Both the position numbers and the translations under genes were made by a program. The notes under the pieces are model-generated. The model was not told where the DNA came from. It saw only the letters and a list, made by a program, of their open reading frames with translations, and did no database searches. Shown piece after piece: positions 37,101 through 52,100 of a stretch of 64,000 bases of DNA; the first letter of the stretch is position 1, and every line of letters starts with the position of its first letter. The DNA is from Phoronis australis (taxonomy: Eukaryota; Animalia; Phoronida): the NCBI GenBank assembly GCA_002633005.1, contig NMRA01000472.1, positions 39,959 through 103,958 of the forward strand, in the 5' to 3' direction.

Positions 37101-40100
37101 TAAAACACTGATACACGATTGCATATATTACATTTTTGGCATGTACTTGCATACTGGGGAAATGCACGATTATTTGATTCTACATACACGCCCACCATCA
37201 GTAATGATGGGACAGGTGACCACGTGTTAAATGCTGGTGATGTACTCGTCAATCACGGAGGGACCTTCCGCTAATAATCTGCATAATTTATTCGATACTA
37301 GTGATGAACATGATTTTTTTACAAACAAAAATTCCCTGTACTATGATATTGAATGCTTAGAAATATTTCTTGGCAATCACAAGACCGATTTCTGTTAGCT
37401 CAGCGTAAATATTCAGTCTGCGTTCTAAATTTGATCAACTTCAGGCTATTTTACGAAATATAAAAAAGAAACATTTGCTGCTTGTCTGCATCTGCTTANG
37501 CGCTTCAAAACAAGGCTCACTACGATAGCTCCGTTAAATGGCTAGTAGGATAGTAGTGTTCCGCATTGCTCAAACGGCGATAGAAAGAAAACGAACATTC
37601 AACTGTCTGTCTTTTGTTCAATCTCTATTGCCGTTGAGATTGGGAAGCGTTGGATCGTTGTCGTAGGCCGCAACGGAGGAAAATATTTCCGGGTAAAATT
37701 TGTAAATGTTTTCAAAAGTGTGGCCATACTTTGTTGCATCTCAGTTGCCGGGCATCATAGCAACGGCCGCCGAATCTTCGTCCAGCCAAGATGTATTTTC
37801 ATGAATCCGGCTTGAAACATGATACATGTGTTTCCAAAAAGGACAGGGCCCACAATCCCTTGATTTTTGGGCCGAATATTGGCCCTATTCCCCCCTCAAA
37901 AATGCTGAAACATTATGCCAAATTTCCCTCACGATGCGTAAAAATTAATCTGAAGGGATTTGAAACCTAACACATGAAATAGATGTAAGAATTATTAAAA
38001 ACAAATGGTCAAATAATTTTTAGCTTCAATTACCAGCCTGGTTTTTTATTTTAATAAAAATGATTTTAATAACAAAAATCATTCTTGAAGGTTAATAACA
38101 AATCAACTGTTAGTCCCGGTAGTTCCAACTAACTCACTGCAGGACCTAGTAGGCTATGCTTGATGTTAATATTCTTGATCAACAAATTAAACCTAATGTG
38201 ACTTGCACATGACAGCAAAATGCGATGAGCCACCACTGTCAAATATATCTTCAACTCGTCAGAAATACGAACAGATAAACTGGTTGGTGTAGAAAGCACT
38301 TTTATCAACAATTTACAAGAACAAACGTAACCCGCATTCAGCATATGTACATGTAACTAATCAGTAACACGATCGCCGCAATTTGGTCATATTTACTTTT
38401 CATGTTTCGAACCTAGTTTTCCGAAAAAACACATACACTTTCGTCAGACATTTTTAGGATTTAATATCCAAGTTGGATTCGAAAGACCAGCCATTTAACT
38501 CACGCAATGTCAACTTCCGCTATGTTTATCGCAATGAGCCTCGCTTTGGATATTAATGTCCGCCCTTTAAATAATAAGTATAACTATTAGGGCGGCGAAA
38601 TTTTGGCCACTTTACTAACTTTCCTGTTAATCACATGTACTCTTCATTCTCGGTCATGAGGGAAGACTACTCTAACGATGAACTCAGCTTCCGCCCAGCC
38701 GTCATGACGCGGAATTTTGAGTCATTTTGTCTGAATACTTTTGGCTTGATGCAATGACATTACGTAAAATACACGCACGGCTTATGCACAACCTTTGATG
38801 AAACAGACTCCACAATTAACTGAGCAAAATTCTATGAAGTAACGGGGAGAATAAACATGTAGCACTTTGATGTTAACTTCGCAGTAGGCCTATCTAGATG
38901 ATCCATTGGCAACATCTGATCTTTTTAGAAATATTTAAAATAATGTAATATAGAGCACTCAAACAACTGAAAATGGGAGATACAAGGTGCTAAAATGGTT
39001 GGAATCGAGGTAGAATCAAATCGGTGTTGTTGTCATATCAGTACGTTCTTATAGCTTAAAATCAGCTGCCATCTCTACGAAAACAGGCTAAGACACCTGA
39101 CAGGTTCTCGAAGACGATCTCCGGCTAACCGATCAATCAGACTGCTAAGCCTGTTGACGTTTTGCGAATTAATTTTTAAACAAACCTGAGTGACACCGGT
39201 TTCTCAGAGTAGATGCGCAACAGGAAATCGCCTTGGTGGCCGGGCTCGAATGTTGACGGTATAATAGCGTACTTGCCGGGTGCAAGAGAGTGACGGCCGC
39301 ACACCTCCCGGCTGTTGATGAAGTTCTGCGACCTCTCGCTGGACTGGTGATACGCGAAGAAGTCGCGGTCAAGGCGTCCACCCTTAAGGTCATCATCAGT
39401 CATCTAAAAATACTTGATTATGCAGGTTGTATTTCACATATACGAATGCAGAATGTTCCACTGTGACTGCGTTCTAACTAATGTGCAGATGTCATACAAT
39501 CTTGGATGCGCACGATTATCCCTAAAACACTGATACACGATTGCATATATTACATTTTTGGCATGTACTTGCATACTGGGGAAATGCACGATTATTTGAT
39601 TCTACATACACGCCCACCATCAGTAATGATGGGACAGGTGACCACGTGTTAAATGCTGGTGATGTACTCGTCAATCACGGAGGGACCTTCCGCTAATAAT
39701 CTGCATAATTTATTCGATACTAGTGATGAACATGATTTTTTTACAAACAAAAATTCCCTGTACTATGATATTGAATGCTTAGAAATATTTCTTGGCAATC
39801 ACAAGACCGATTTCTGTTAGCTCAGCGTAAATATTCAGTCTGCGTTCTAAATTTGATCAACTTTAGGCTATTTTACGAAATATAAAAAAGAAACATTTGC
39901 TGCTTGTCTGCATCTGCTTACAGGAAACCTGGATGGATTCGGATGACAATTACAGTTTTTGTAATTTAGAATGCTACAATATGATAAAAAAGACCTAGAA
40001 GCTGACTGTTCCAGACATGGGGGCTTGGTTATTTACGTCAGAGATATAACCAACGTTGAAATAATTAATGATAAAAAGACATACAGAGGTTTAGTAATTA

Positions 40101-43100
40101 AAGTGAAATCGAGCAGTGGCAAACATTCCACCACATTTAACATATATAGACCCAAGTCGAATGCAGAGAGACACTTTGATGACTTCATGTTTGACTTTAT
40201 TCCAACCATCTCAAAGTTCATTGCTAAAGGGAGTGACATTTTGATAGCTGGTGTCTTCAATGCAAATTTACTACAAACTTTCAATAATACAAAATTTGGT
40301 AATTTTCTGACCATATGTTAAACCTGTGTCTTCTTCCTAAGATAACTTTTCCTACTCGTCTCACCAGCAACACATGTACGTGTACCATTGATCAAATTTA
40401 TACAAAATTCTCTCCAACCACGGACATGTCCGAGGCTGGTATAATGTTAAGTAGTTTATCGGAGCATTATCCCATATTTTTGTCTCTCAATATAAATAAC
40501 AAAAATAAACCTCATCAACCTAAATTTATTCAGATAAAGTCACAGCAAAAAATCTCATGCCAATTTTAAAACTGATTTGGGTTTAATTGACTTTGAGTCA
40601 GTCTTAGATGACGATTTGTCTCAAAATCTTAACACAAATTGTAGTCACTTAAGAACAATTATTTTAGATTTGGTAAATAAACATTTTCACTCCAAAACCA
40701 AAAGTTTCAACAACCATAAGCATAAACTCAACGACTGGATTACATTTGGCATATTAAAATCAATAAAAGTGCGAGACAAAATATATAAGAAATAAAAACC
40801 ACATCTCCTCATTCTATTTTTTCTCGCATTTACTCAAAAAAACTGCGAAATCATTACAGTATACTTAAATCTGTAATAAAAGAAGTCAAACGTATGTACT
40901 ATGAAAAACAGTTCAAGCAGCACAAAATGATATACGCCAAACTTGGCAAGTCATCAAAAACGTAATTTCCAACTCATCCTTCAGCAGTGTTCTCCCTCAG
41001 TTTATTACCTCTACTACATCTAGACACGTTACTTGTAAGCAGAAAATAGCTGATTAGTTCAACAACTATTTTATTAACATTGGTAAGAATTTGGCTTCCC
41101 AAATACCGATATGCAATGAATGTTTCGAAAATTATCTTCACGGTTCCCCTGACTCTATCTTTAAGTTTAAAACCGTTGCTGACGACGAAGTAATAAAGGT
41201 AATAAAAAATCTAAAATCCAAATTCAATACAGACAGTGATGGCCTATCATGTTCATTTATCAAAAAATATTTGAACTTACTATGCAAACCAATTTCTATG
41301 ATTATAAACCAATCCGTACTCACGGGTATTTTCCCCGATGGTTTGAAGGTAGCCAAGGTAATCCCCATTTAAAAAGGTAATGACGCCGACATTAACTCTC
41401 TTGTTTACAACAGACCAATATTTATTCTACCTGAAAAAATTGTTCATTATCAAGTCTATTCTCATTTTTCTCACAACTATCTTCTACATTAGTCCCAGTA
41501 TGGTTTCAGACCCAACCACTCCACTGAAGTTGCGGTTACTGAATTCGTCCACACTCTTTAAAAAAACTTAGACAAAGGTTTGAACCCAATTTCGGTATTC
41601 ATGGATCTTTCTAAAGCCTTTGATACCATTGATCACGATATCCTCCTAAAATAAAACATTACTGGCGTTCTAATAATGAATTTTCTTTGTTTCATAGCTA
41701 CCTTGAAAATAGAAAGCAGTTCGTCTGCCTTGATACTGTCACTTCGTCCCATCTTGACATTTCCACAGGTGTTCTATTCTAGGACCTCTCCTATTTTTAA
41801 TCTATGTAAATGACATCATCTTCTCCAACATGGCACGGTTCACTACGTACGCAGACGACACATGCCTGTTAATTCCTTTCCATGTTAATACAAATATTAG
41901 CCCCAACGATCAAACCATCAGAATTAATAATACCTGCAAGATGCTTTTGATTGGCTAAATACCAATAAATAATCGCTCAAGACAAGTAAAACTAAATTTA
42001 TGCTATTGCGTTTTCCCCAAAAAATCAGCGAAGGTGACACCCCTCTAATCAAAATCAACAATGAACTCATTAACAGAGTTGAAAATTTTAAATTTTTAGG
42101 GATTTTCGTAGACAGCCATCCTGGATCAAGCATGTTCAGGAAATTTCTAACAAAATTGACAAAAGTGTCGGCGTCCTCTCCATGCTGAAACACTATTTTC
42201 CCAAACACACACTCCTGATGATATACAATGCTCTTATACCATAACATCTATATTTTGGTATAACACAATGGGGGTTCAATAATTCTACGAGATTGAAACT
42301 TCTGCAGAAAAAAAGCTTTGGGAAATGTTACCACTTCTTCGCTTTTTTCACACACAGAACCAATTTGTAGGGAAATCAAAACACTCCTTCTTGACGACAT
42401 ATTTGACCAAGCTTGTCTAAAATTCTTTTACAAATTCAAACATAATTAATTGTTAACAATTTTATCCAATTCCATCAGTCATCAAGAGATCTTCCTAGAA
42501 TATGCAGTCAACAACTCCTCCTAAAACTGCCCTCCTACAACAGAAAAAGCTGTGGAAATTCCTCAATGGCCAAAATACCGAATCTAATAAACAACTGTAT
42601 CCTTCCGAGATATATGACTGACAAAATCGACACGCATAGTTTATATGGGTTCACCTTGTATTTAAAAATTACATATCAAGCACTTACAGCTCTCAATGTA
42701 ACATTCTACATCGTTATGCATGTTCTTATTTAAGTAAACGTGATCATATGCTTTTCTAATCATGCGGTCTCCCTTGTATCAATAGTCGTCTCTGTGCTTT
42801 ATTCTTAGTAAAGGATATTAATTTACATTTTAAATAAACTAGCACTGCATCTTATTACATTGTAGATGTACTTATTTCTGTTGTTATTTATATTCATTTG
42901 TTCTTCTTAATTGTTAATATCTATTTAACTTATTGTTACTCGGTAGTCAGCTAGTAGCGGCCCGTGCCTTTGCTGGTCATCCAGTCATATCACAAGGTAT
43001 GTTTTATATGCTAATGCTGATCCACGCCATCCATCAACCCGAACGGAAGCCGCTGTTCAACATGATGATCAGGTTTTCCATATGGCCAGCTCGTCTCAAG

Positions 43101-46100
43101 CTCAGTCGGACCAGCACTAGAGGTTAGGCCAAGGCCCGCAAGACAAGTCGTCATGGAAATTTATTTGTTGGAATATCGAAGGTCTAAAGCATAAAATACA
43201 GAGATCTGATTTTGTAAATNATATACAATGCTCTTATACCATAACATCTATATTTTGGTATAACACAATGGGGGTTCAATAATTCTACGAGATTGAAACT
43301 TCTGCAGAAAAAATGCTTTGAGAAATGTTACCACTTCTTCGCTTTTTTCACACACAGAACCAATTTGTAGGGAAATCAAAACACTCCTTCTTGACGACAT
43401 ATTTGACCAAGCTTGTCTAACATTCTTTTACAAATTCAAACATAATTAATTGTTAACAATTTTATCCAATTCCATCAGTCATCAAGAGATCGTCCAAGAA
43501 TATGCAGTCAACAACTCCTCCTAAAACTGCCCTCCTACAACAGAAAAAGCTGTGAAAATTCCTCAATGGCCAAAATACCGAATCTAATAAGCAACTGTAT
43601 CCTTCCGAGATATATGACTGACAAAATCGACACGCATAGTTTATATGGGTTCACCTTGTATTTAAAAATTCAATATCAAGCACTTGCAGCTCTCAATGTA
43701 ACATTCTACATCGTTATGCATGTTCTAATTTAAGTAACCGTGATCATATGCTTTTCTAATCATGCAGTCTCTCTTGTATCAATAGTCTCTGTGCTTTATT
43801 CTTAGTAAAGTATATTAATTTACATTTTAAATAAACTAGCACTGCATCTTATTACATTGTAGTTGTACTTATTTCTGTTGTTATTTATATTCATTTGTTC
43901 TTCTTAATTGTTAATATCTATTTAACTTATTGTTACTCGGTAGTCAGCTAGTAGCGGCCCGTGCCTTTGCTGGTCATCCAGTCATATCACAAGGTATGTT
44001 TTATATGATTTAAAAAAATAAATATCTCTCTCTCTCTGCACGGTTTAGTCCACTGCGTCAAATATGTAATTAAGTAAAATGAGCAAACCAATTCACATGC
44101 GTTTCCCGTTTAAGTAGACAGAATAGTGAAACCAGTTTAAGCCTATAGTTATCGAAAGAAATCGACTAGACTGTCAAAAGGTTACAGTATGTCATTTTAA
44201 AAGCGTTTTCACAAATTCCTTCTTTTTGCTGAGAATCAATTGTGCCCAGTTTTGGAGCGCATGCTGTTGCTTTTAGTATCATTCCTGTAACTATTGGCTT
44301 TTACGCCTAATTTCGCTGCAATTGAAAATTATTGCTATCGTCGATCGCCCCAGCATCGACTGACAAGCGAAGTTGAGATACCGGGGCTACAAACTAAAAA
44401 AATAATTTTGCGTAAATCTCTGTGTCCAAACAACCAGCAATATTCACAGACTGGTGGCATGAATGTATTATAAAGTCTTGTGTTCGACATTTACTCGCCA
44501 CTTTAAGAGAAATCTGCATTTTGATTGCGGGTCTCCATGAAGCGAAATGCAATCTTCAGCTTGTTTACTCTAGCGCACGCGCTGAGCATTCTCAGCTGGA
44601 AACCATGGACTTGTGCATGGAAATAATGGTCGAAATTATGGAGAGGGGTGTTCTTTCAGGTTATCATATTACAACTACGTTGGCGAAGTTAATAAAATCT
44701 CGATCAGCACATGGCACACGAACGACGTCAGTTTAAAAGTCGTAAGTGGCAATGAACTTTTGGAACGTCAATTTCTGGCTGTAACACCATGTGTAGTATA
44801 TATACTGATCATACAACTTGACCTATGTATTCTATCATTACAGCGTGCGATACCAAGACTAGCCGCGAGAATTTGCACAGTGAATTTCCGGATGTTTATT
44901 CGACTTTACCTTGATTGAGTGTTGTAGTTATCAAACCACGCCCAATTTCAACAAACATGATAATTACACTGGCCATCATTTATATGCACCGACCTTTGAC
45001 CCTGGCAAGACGTCGAGAATAATCTGGCCTCCATATCTTTTTCAGTTTGAATCTTAGAAGCACTTTCGAAAAATGGAGAAATAATTACAAATCAAGAAAA
45101 CTTTACTCTGATGACAGTTCTTCTGAAAAAAGTGAAATAGAGAACCTCAATGTTTCAAATAAGCTTCCCCATAATTTTGCTATGGAGTTTGAGGGACCCC
45201 TAGCATATGAAGAACTCTGGTCTGTATTGAACAGCTCAAAAATGAAAAAGCCCCGGTCAGACTGTTTCACAAATGAATTTTTTAAGTTTTTCTTGAAAGG
45301 CTTAGACTAATTTATTTTAAGACACATAAATGAAAGCTATGAAAAAATCGCAAAACGGGGGTTGTAACTTTAATTCCAAATCTAGATAAGGCTAAAAATC
45401 ATAAAACCTGGAGACCAATAACTTTGCTCAACAGTGTTTACAAGTTGGCATCCGGATGTATTGATAGACGAATGAAAAGGCACTGGATATATATTTTCCC
45501 CGAATCAGACGGAATTTATAAAAGGGAGCTGTAAGGGTGAGAACATAAGATTGAACTATGATGGCTGTTATTACAAATAGATTTTGAAAAAGCTTTTGAT
45601 AGTCTGTCATGGAACTTCATAAATAAGGTTTTGGATATTTTTAATTGCAAGGCGTTAAGCGTTGGATTAAAAATTTTATAATTGTCCGGTGTCATATAAT
45701 GATCAAAACGGTTTTTTGTCCAAAAGTTTTACTCTGCACAGGGGCTGTAGACAAGGTAATCCTCTTTCTCCATATGATTTCATTTTATGTGCTGGAATGT
45801 TCGTGCTACTTACGTAATCTCAAATACAGTATTGTGTAATATGAAGACGAAACAAGATAGGGAAATTAAAGGCTTTCAAATAGGAAATGATAAATTTATA
45901 CTTACTCAGTATGGTGATGACAAAACGTTTTTCTAAGATGGTTCTTGGCGTAGTTTGAAAACTACTATGGAAGTTTTGATTAAATATGCAGAATTGTCTG
46001 GAATGAGAGTAAATTCTTCCAAAAATGTTATTTGGATGGGCAGTAAAAAATTTGTAAAGATGTTTTCCATCATGCAAGATGGAAGTCAGAATGGGGCATA

Positions 46101-49100
46101 ACGGAATTTAAGATACTAGGTATCCATTTCAGTGTTAACCTAGAAAAAATAATTAACATCAAATACAATGAGAGGATTGAGGAAATCAATAATTTTATCA
46201 AAATTTGGTCTAGAACAGAAATCTCTTTTTTGGGTAGTTACGGTGGTAAAGATCTTTGTGGTGCCAAAATTATTTACAAAATGACAACCCTGCCTCCTCC
46301 ATCACACATATTTAAGATTGAATTAAACTCAAACATTTTAAAGTTTATTAGGAATAACAAAGTTGAGAGAGTGAAGAGAGACGTATTAACTAAAACTAAT
46401 GAGAAAGAGGGAGGGAAAATGATGAATATAATTCATTTTAACAAGGCTATAAAAATTTCATGGATAAAAAGACTACTTACCTCTGAATAAAAATGTGTGA
46501 AATTATTTGAACTTGAAACATTGGATTGCAAAGTCAAACATTATAAATTTTGGAAATGATTACTTTTAGAATCATACTGAAGTAACCAATCCGTTATGGA
46601 ACGAAATACTAAGTAATTGGTATTTGGTCATAAGTAAACAGCCCCATAAAGATCCGAATGATTTGCTCTAAACAAGTTTATGGCATAATAGACAGAAAAC
46701 CTATCTTCTTTAGCAAGTATGCTAGTGGTGGTGTTCTTTTTATTAATGACCTACTTGATGAAAATAACTGGTTTTACTAATTTACTGAATTTTAAAAAAT
46801 CTCGAATATAGCTACGCACTTTTTGGAATATCGTTCTCTGATTAGGTCTATTAGGCTGTTTCTGAGGAGAACACCATAAAAATGCAGTTAATTAAGATAT
46901 ATGGACCAATAATACCTTTTAATATCCGTAATTTTTAAACTGCACGTCAATATGTAAAATGAAATTGTTTGCACGAACAAAAGTTTGCCTATTGCCCGAA
47001 AAATATTTCAAGAAGAAGGTTATAACTTTGGAAGTGATTACTCGAAAAATTTATATTCGTTGTCTTTTAAAACTACTTACGATTTCAAGTTATGTACACT
47101 GCAGTTTAAACTATTACATAGAATATTTGTGACGCACTCTTTCCTGATGTATGTACTTTCTGCTAGTCACAAACTGAAACAGTGGATCACATCCTTTTCG
47201 AATGTAATAATATAAAAATATGGATAGAAGAATTAGCGCAGTTGAGTGTTGTCGGTAAAAAGTATCAATTTGATTATCGACAAAAAACAATGATTTTTAT
47301 ATTGTCAGTGATAATAGACATCGGCTAATGTTTTACTACAAAGATTTAAGAAAAATAATCCAGCCACATGATAGTTCCATTTTCCCATTCGACTAAAAAG
47401 AAGAAACAGGATGATTCGATTTCAAAATAAAAAACACTGTAGGGAGTTTTTGGTTGTTAGGTCTCCGTTCAACAAAAACGCTGTCCAGACGTTCTTTCAC
47501 CTTTGAGTTCTGGAATGGACCCAGATGTCCCGCGTTTTATCCGGAAATTCCGCTTTTCAATTCAGTTGTCTCGGTTCTTTATTCTCGAGTACTGACAACT
47601 ATGCAACAAATGTTCAAAATAACATTGTCACTTTGTCATGGATATTTTTATTATCCAGAGTCCACTATCTTGAGTAACAGAACATTGCAAAATGTGTTAC
47701 AATGTCTCTTGTTTAGGGTAGCACATATCACACGTATTATGAGCTGCAGAAACAGGCTTATTTGTAAACAGCTATGGAAAGTCCTACACTGCAACCTGTG
47801 TAATGGTCTCTACATTGTTCATTTCAAAGCTACATAATAGACGCTTGTTCGTTTTTTATCTTTCAGAAAACTTTATCTGCAAATTTCGAATATGTAGTGG
47901 GAGTAATTAGCTCATCACGTTGTTGTAGATGTCACTGCCTCATGAATTTTTACTAAAGAATTGTATCACACGTGACCCTATGGCCCAATTAATATGGAAA
48001 GATGTAACTATGATTTGGGATGAACGCCTAGGTAAATTTTTCACAGCAACTGTGACTGGTCCATATTCTTATAAGTATTTGTCTTGATAGGGTAGAAATG
48101 TTTTGAATCATCAAAATTCTTTCCCTGATGGTTTAATAAGTCATTTATAAACCCTTCCTGGTTCGTTACTATTACACCTTGCTATTTTTTGCATTTCGGC
48201 AACACTATGAATTTTAGAATTAAAAAAAAATGAGCTGGTCAGGCATGAGATATAATAATTATTCATGAATTAATGTAATGTATTTATCGTTTGCTTCTGG
48301 TATAATCATACACCGTTAAAAACTGCCGGATGAAGAGCTTTCTTATGATATGACTCTAATTGGTTCAAAAACGGCGGAGTTTTAGTGATAGTAAATTCTA
48401 TAGCATTAACCAACACCGGAACAAATCAATGTAAACAAATTCCGCTTTCTCAAAACAATATAATCGTAATGCAATAAATGAAGATTTTTTTAACAAAATA
48501 AACAGGATTTGTTAAAAGTTTCTATTTTTGGTTTACACGTGGTGAAACAGCGAAATGCCGTCTAAGTTAATCGTCTCTGAACTACATTTTTCACAAAATA
48601 ATAAAATTTCAGTGTAAAAACGCATGCTTACACGTTTGACACTGAAGCGTAAATTGAAGCACAAATTACACACAACACACAGATGTACAATATAGGCCCA
48701 GTGTGATTTATATTCAATATTTAATCATTTTCATTGTTAATACAATTAGAGTTATTGATTTCAATCACTACTTAACTTTAGTTGCTGATGTTATATTATG
48801 GAAATTTACCTTGTATATACTGTAGCCTATGCACAACAGAGGGACACCAGTTTCTCTCTTCATCTTTCGTCGATTCTTTTGCATTAAACCGATGACAAAG
48901 GAGCAAAGGTCATCCGTATCATCGTCAGTGTCCTCGGCGTTGACGACGAACTGGGGATTAGTGGCAAAGGTATCTGAAGTTTCGAGAAAAGAAGTCAGGC
49001 AGATAAACGTGCAGAGGTTTGCCAAACATTGATAGATTGTATAAATACGGACAGATCCCTAGTTCGATATCAGCTTGAATGGCTACCTGGAGAGCAATTC

Positions 49101-52100
49101 CTGTTCCACGATGAATAATTGATTGGCTTGAGGGATCGGTCTGTATTAGTTATGACATACGACCATCGAAATTTCATTTATCTGATTTTTCACTTGTTAT
49201 TATTGGGTTGGTATTTTCTTGCCTGGTAATTTGATGTACTGGCATCGTCTACTCGCAATGTTGTCAGGCAGAGTTTTGTAGTTTCAGCAGCCTTATTGGT
49301 TCTGGCGTCTTGAATTAAAATTAAAAGTGGTATTTCGTCACGGCCTAGCCGGTTGACGTTGCGCCGTAATGATAGTTATCGTACCGCCTGTTACCCAAAC
49401 ATAGAACAGAAGTATGAATGATCGTGAGATAAAACAGGGCAAAAGTTACATCTGGTTCAGCATTGTTATTACTCAGTGAGAACCAAGACACCGAGACTTT
49501 GGTTGAAAACTTGACTACCAGTTTAGCCTCGCAAACACCCTGTTCTAGAAACTGGCTATGTGTTTGGCTGACAATTCTGCAAGCGTTATGTAAGTATCGA
49601 AGTGGACAGCTTAAATCCTCCTAGTCATATGGATTTCAGGAGTAGATAGCGCGGTCAGTTTGACGTTTACTATGTTACATGTGAATTCAAAAAAGCCAAA
49701 TGTCAGGCAGGTAGCTATGTTGTTACATGCAGCTGGGCTGGACTGGCAGACAATTACTAAAGTTCCGTTAGCAAAATTTGACGATCACTACTAACGGAAA
49801 AAAACGTTGTGTCTGAACGTTAACCTTTGTGTATGCGTGATCAACGCTGGAAAGAAGCCGCACAGTATTTGGTGACGGTCCTCAGAAGGAACATTCATTA
49901 GCGAAAATTGACGACATCTTCAGGGCTGCTTAGTCAGCAAGGAAACAGATTTCAGTCATGTCAGTACACTCTTTCGCGGTGATACGAAAGGTAGCACTGT
50001 GGAGTGTTGTTCAACATGGCTTCTCATTGGTTAGCTAATGAAATCGACGTCATGACATTCAGTCATTCCCATTGGTTGAAATCTGGGAAACCCTTTCAGT
50101 TTACCGTTACGCAGCATGGCGACCACCTTTGACCTGAATAGTTGCAATTTATTAAAACGGGTAGTGATCGAAGTAAATAAAATCAAGAGAACCCCGATCC
50201 CGTGTACTGTTTATAATGTTTCCACAGGGCCACTTTTCAGTAAAGGTGGCGCTGTGTCAGAGGGTACCATGTCAAATTGACAAGTGTGACGTCACTGAAG
50301 CAGTTATGCTTACATACAGGAGATGGACACACGTAAGGCATGAAAAAGCATCCGGTATGAAACAAAACCGAAAGGGCCACCCACCAGCCGTTTCATTAGT
50401 ATGGTGCAAAACGTAAAGGGGGCCAGCGTATGGACAAGACTGCAGCAAGTATAATGAGAAAATCACTTCCGCAAAGTATGCAAGGGCGGTAGTTTGTAAA
50501 CATGTAAAGACACTCAAACTTAACGGCGTGAACATTGTAGTTAAGCTCGTCACAGGCGCGCTGAAGAGAATACGATTACACTTTCAGAGTATGAAAGACT
50601 TCTTAGTCCTGACCTCATCGTCTGTGTTGGTTTCAAAGTGAAGCAACTTGGCAAAGTACTTCTGGGTGTGTCTGCATCAACTTCAGGCGTCATGATTCAA
50701 GATGTGACTGATATTAATAGCCTACTGTTTTTGAGTGAGTTCTCTTGAGACCAATTAATAGGTAGTTCAGCGCACTATTCATGCCAGTCAAACAACCCCT
50801 GTATTCTCGTCATCCACTTGGATAATCCAATGTTTTCTCAGGGCTGGGTAAATATGAGACCAAATACCACATAAAACAGCTTATCTTTTTAAATGCCTTA
50901 ATTTTATTAAAATGACACCATAAAAAACATTTTCGAGACTCGAAAGTGAGTCTCTATATTAATATAGGAACCCACCGAGGACCACCAAGAGTGTGGCCCT
51001 CTATATTGATATAAGGGTCACAGAGTTTTGGACGCGTTCAGTCAGAATGATCTACATCAATATAGAAGGCTTCTCTTTTTGGCCGCTTTCCAATGGGCCG
51101 CCTATGTTAATATAGGTCCCCACTTTTGAGGCCTAAAATGGATGTCATTCTAATAAAAACGAATTAAAATAAATAGCTCTTATTCAAATAGGCAGCAATT
51201 CATTTTGAGCCTCACAAGTGGGAATCCCTTTACTAATATAAGCGGCCCCCCGAGGACCACCAAGAAAAGGCCCCTATATTGGTTTAAGGGTCAAACTTTT
51301 TGTTCGCCTTCAGGTTGGGCCTCCATACTAATATAAGCGTTTCCGCTTTTTGGCCGCTTTCAGGAGGGGTCCCTTAAATTAATAATGGAATTAAATGCTA
51401 AAATCATGTCATCCCCACTTCCCATGTGTACAAGCAACGTTAAGTGGTACATTGTTCTGTAGTATAATTGGCACACAAGATGCGTCGTGGTGGCTGATGA
51501 CAAGTCATACTGTTCGAACACTTTTGACGCTCCTTGGAGAGGAAAAGATTTGCGCGCATGTCATTTAGCATCTAATCTGACAGTGACGTCAATTCAAAGT
51601 GCAATGAGCAAACCTTTGATGACATCCCTGGTGTCCTCATTATTGCAAATGTGTGATTATGGCTGCCGGCAGTGAGATCGAGCATGATGTCATTCTTAGG
51701 AATGTGATGGACCGTACGCGCAAAAGTACATTGGGTTCAATCGGTCCACAATTCAGTCTAAATTGAATACTGTCATATACATCGTCAACGTGATCTGAGT
51801 AGATGGCTTTGCTCTTTTCCCAAGAAAGCAGAGGCTATCAGACACATCGCAGTCTCATAGTTTGGTCTTGGGTCATGCCTACACCTAGATGGCGCTTACT
51901 ACCTATACATCCGCTGTCTTGTGCTAACCTTGCTGGCGATGTTGCTTGTCGTCCGTCTCCACACATGGAAGCGATTGTTCATGCTTTTATGCAGTCAGCC
52001 CCTGTCTCTAGCACAGAGCTGGTATATTTCAAATCTGCTACTGTGAATGATCATGACATGCAAACCTACGTCAACACACTTTGCAAGGTTGGTCGGACGC

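Larger units (their letters stand above)
34876..39920. repeat. Tandem ~2.5-kb duplication (34876-37498 and 37500-39920) joined by a single N
   Basis: Colinear copies with SNPs and indels; each contains the 218-nt calpain exon and the 5' part of the LINE. Confidence 0.95.
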
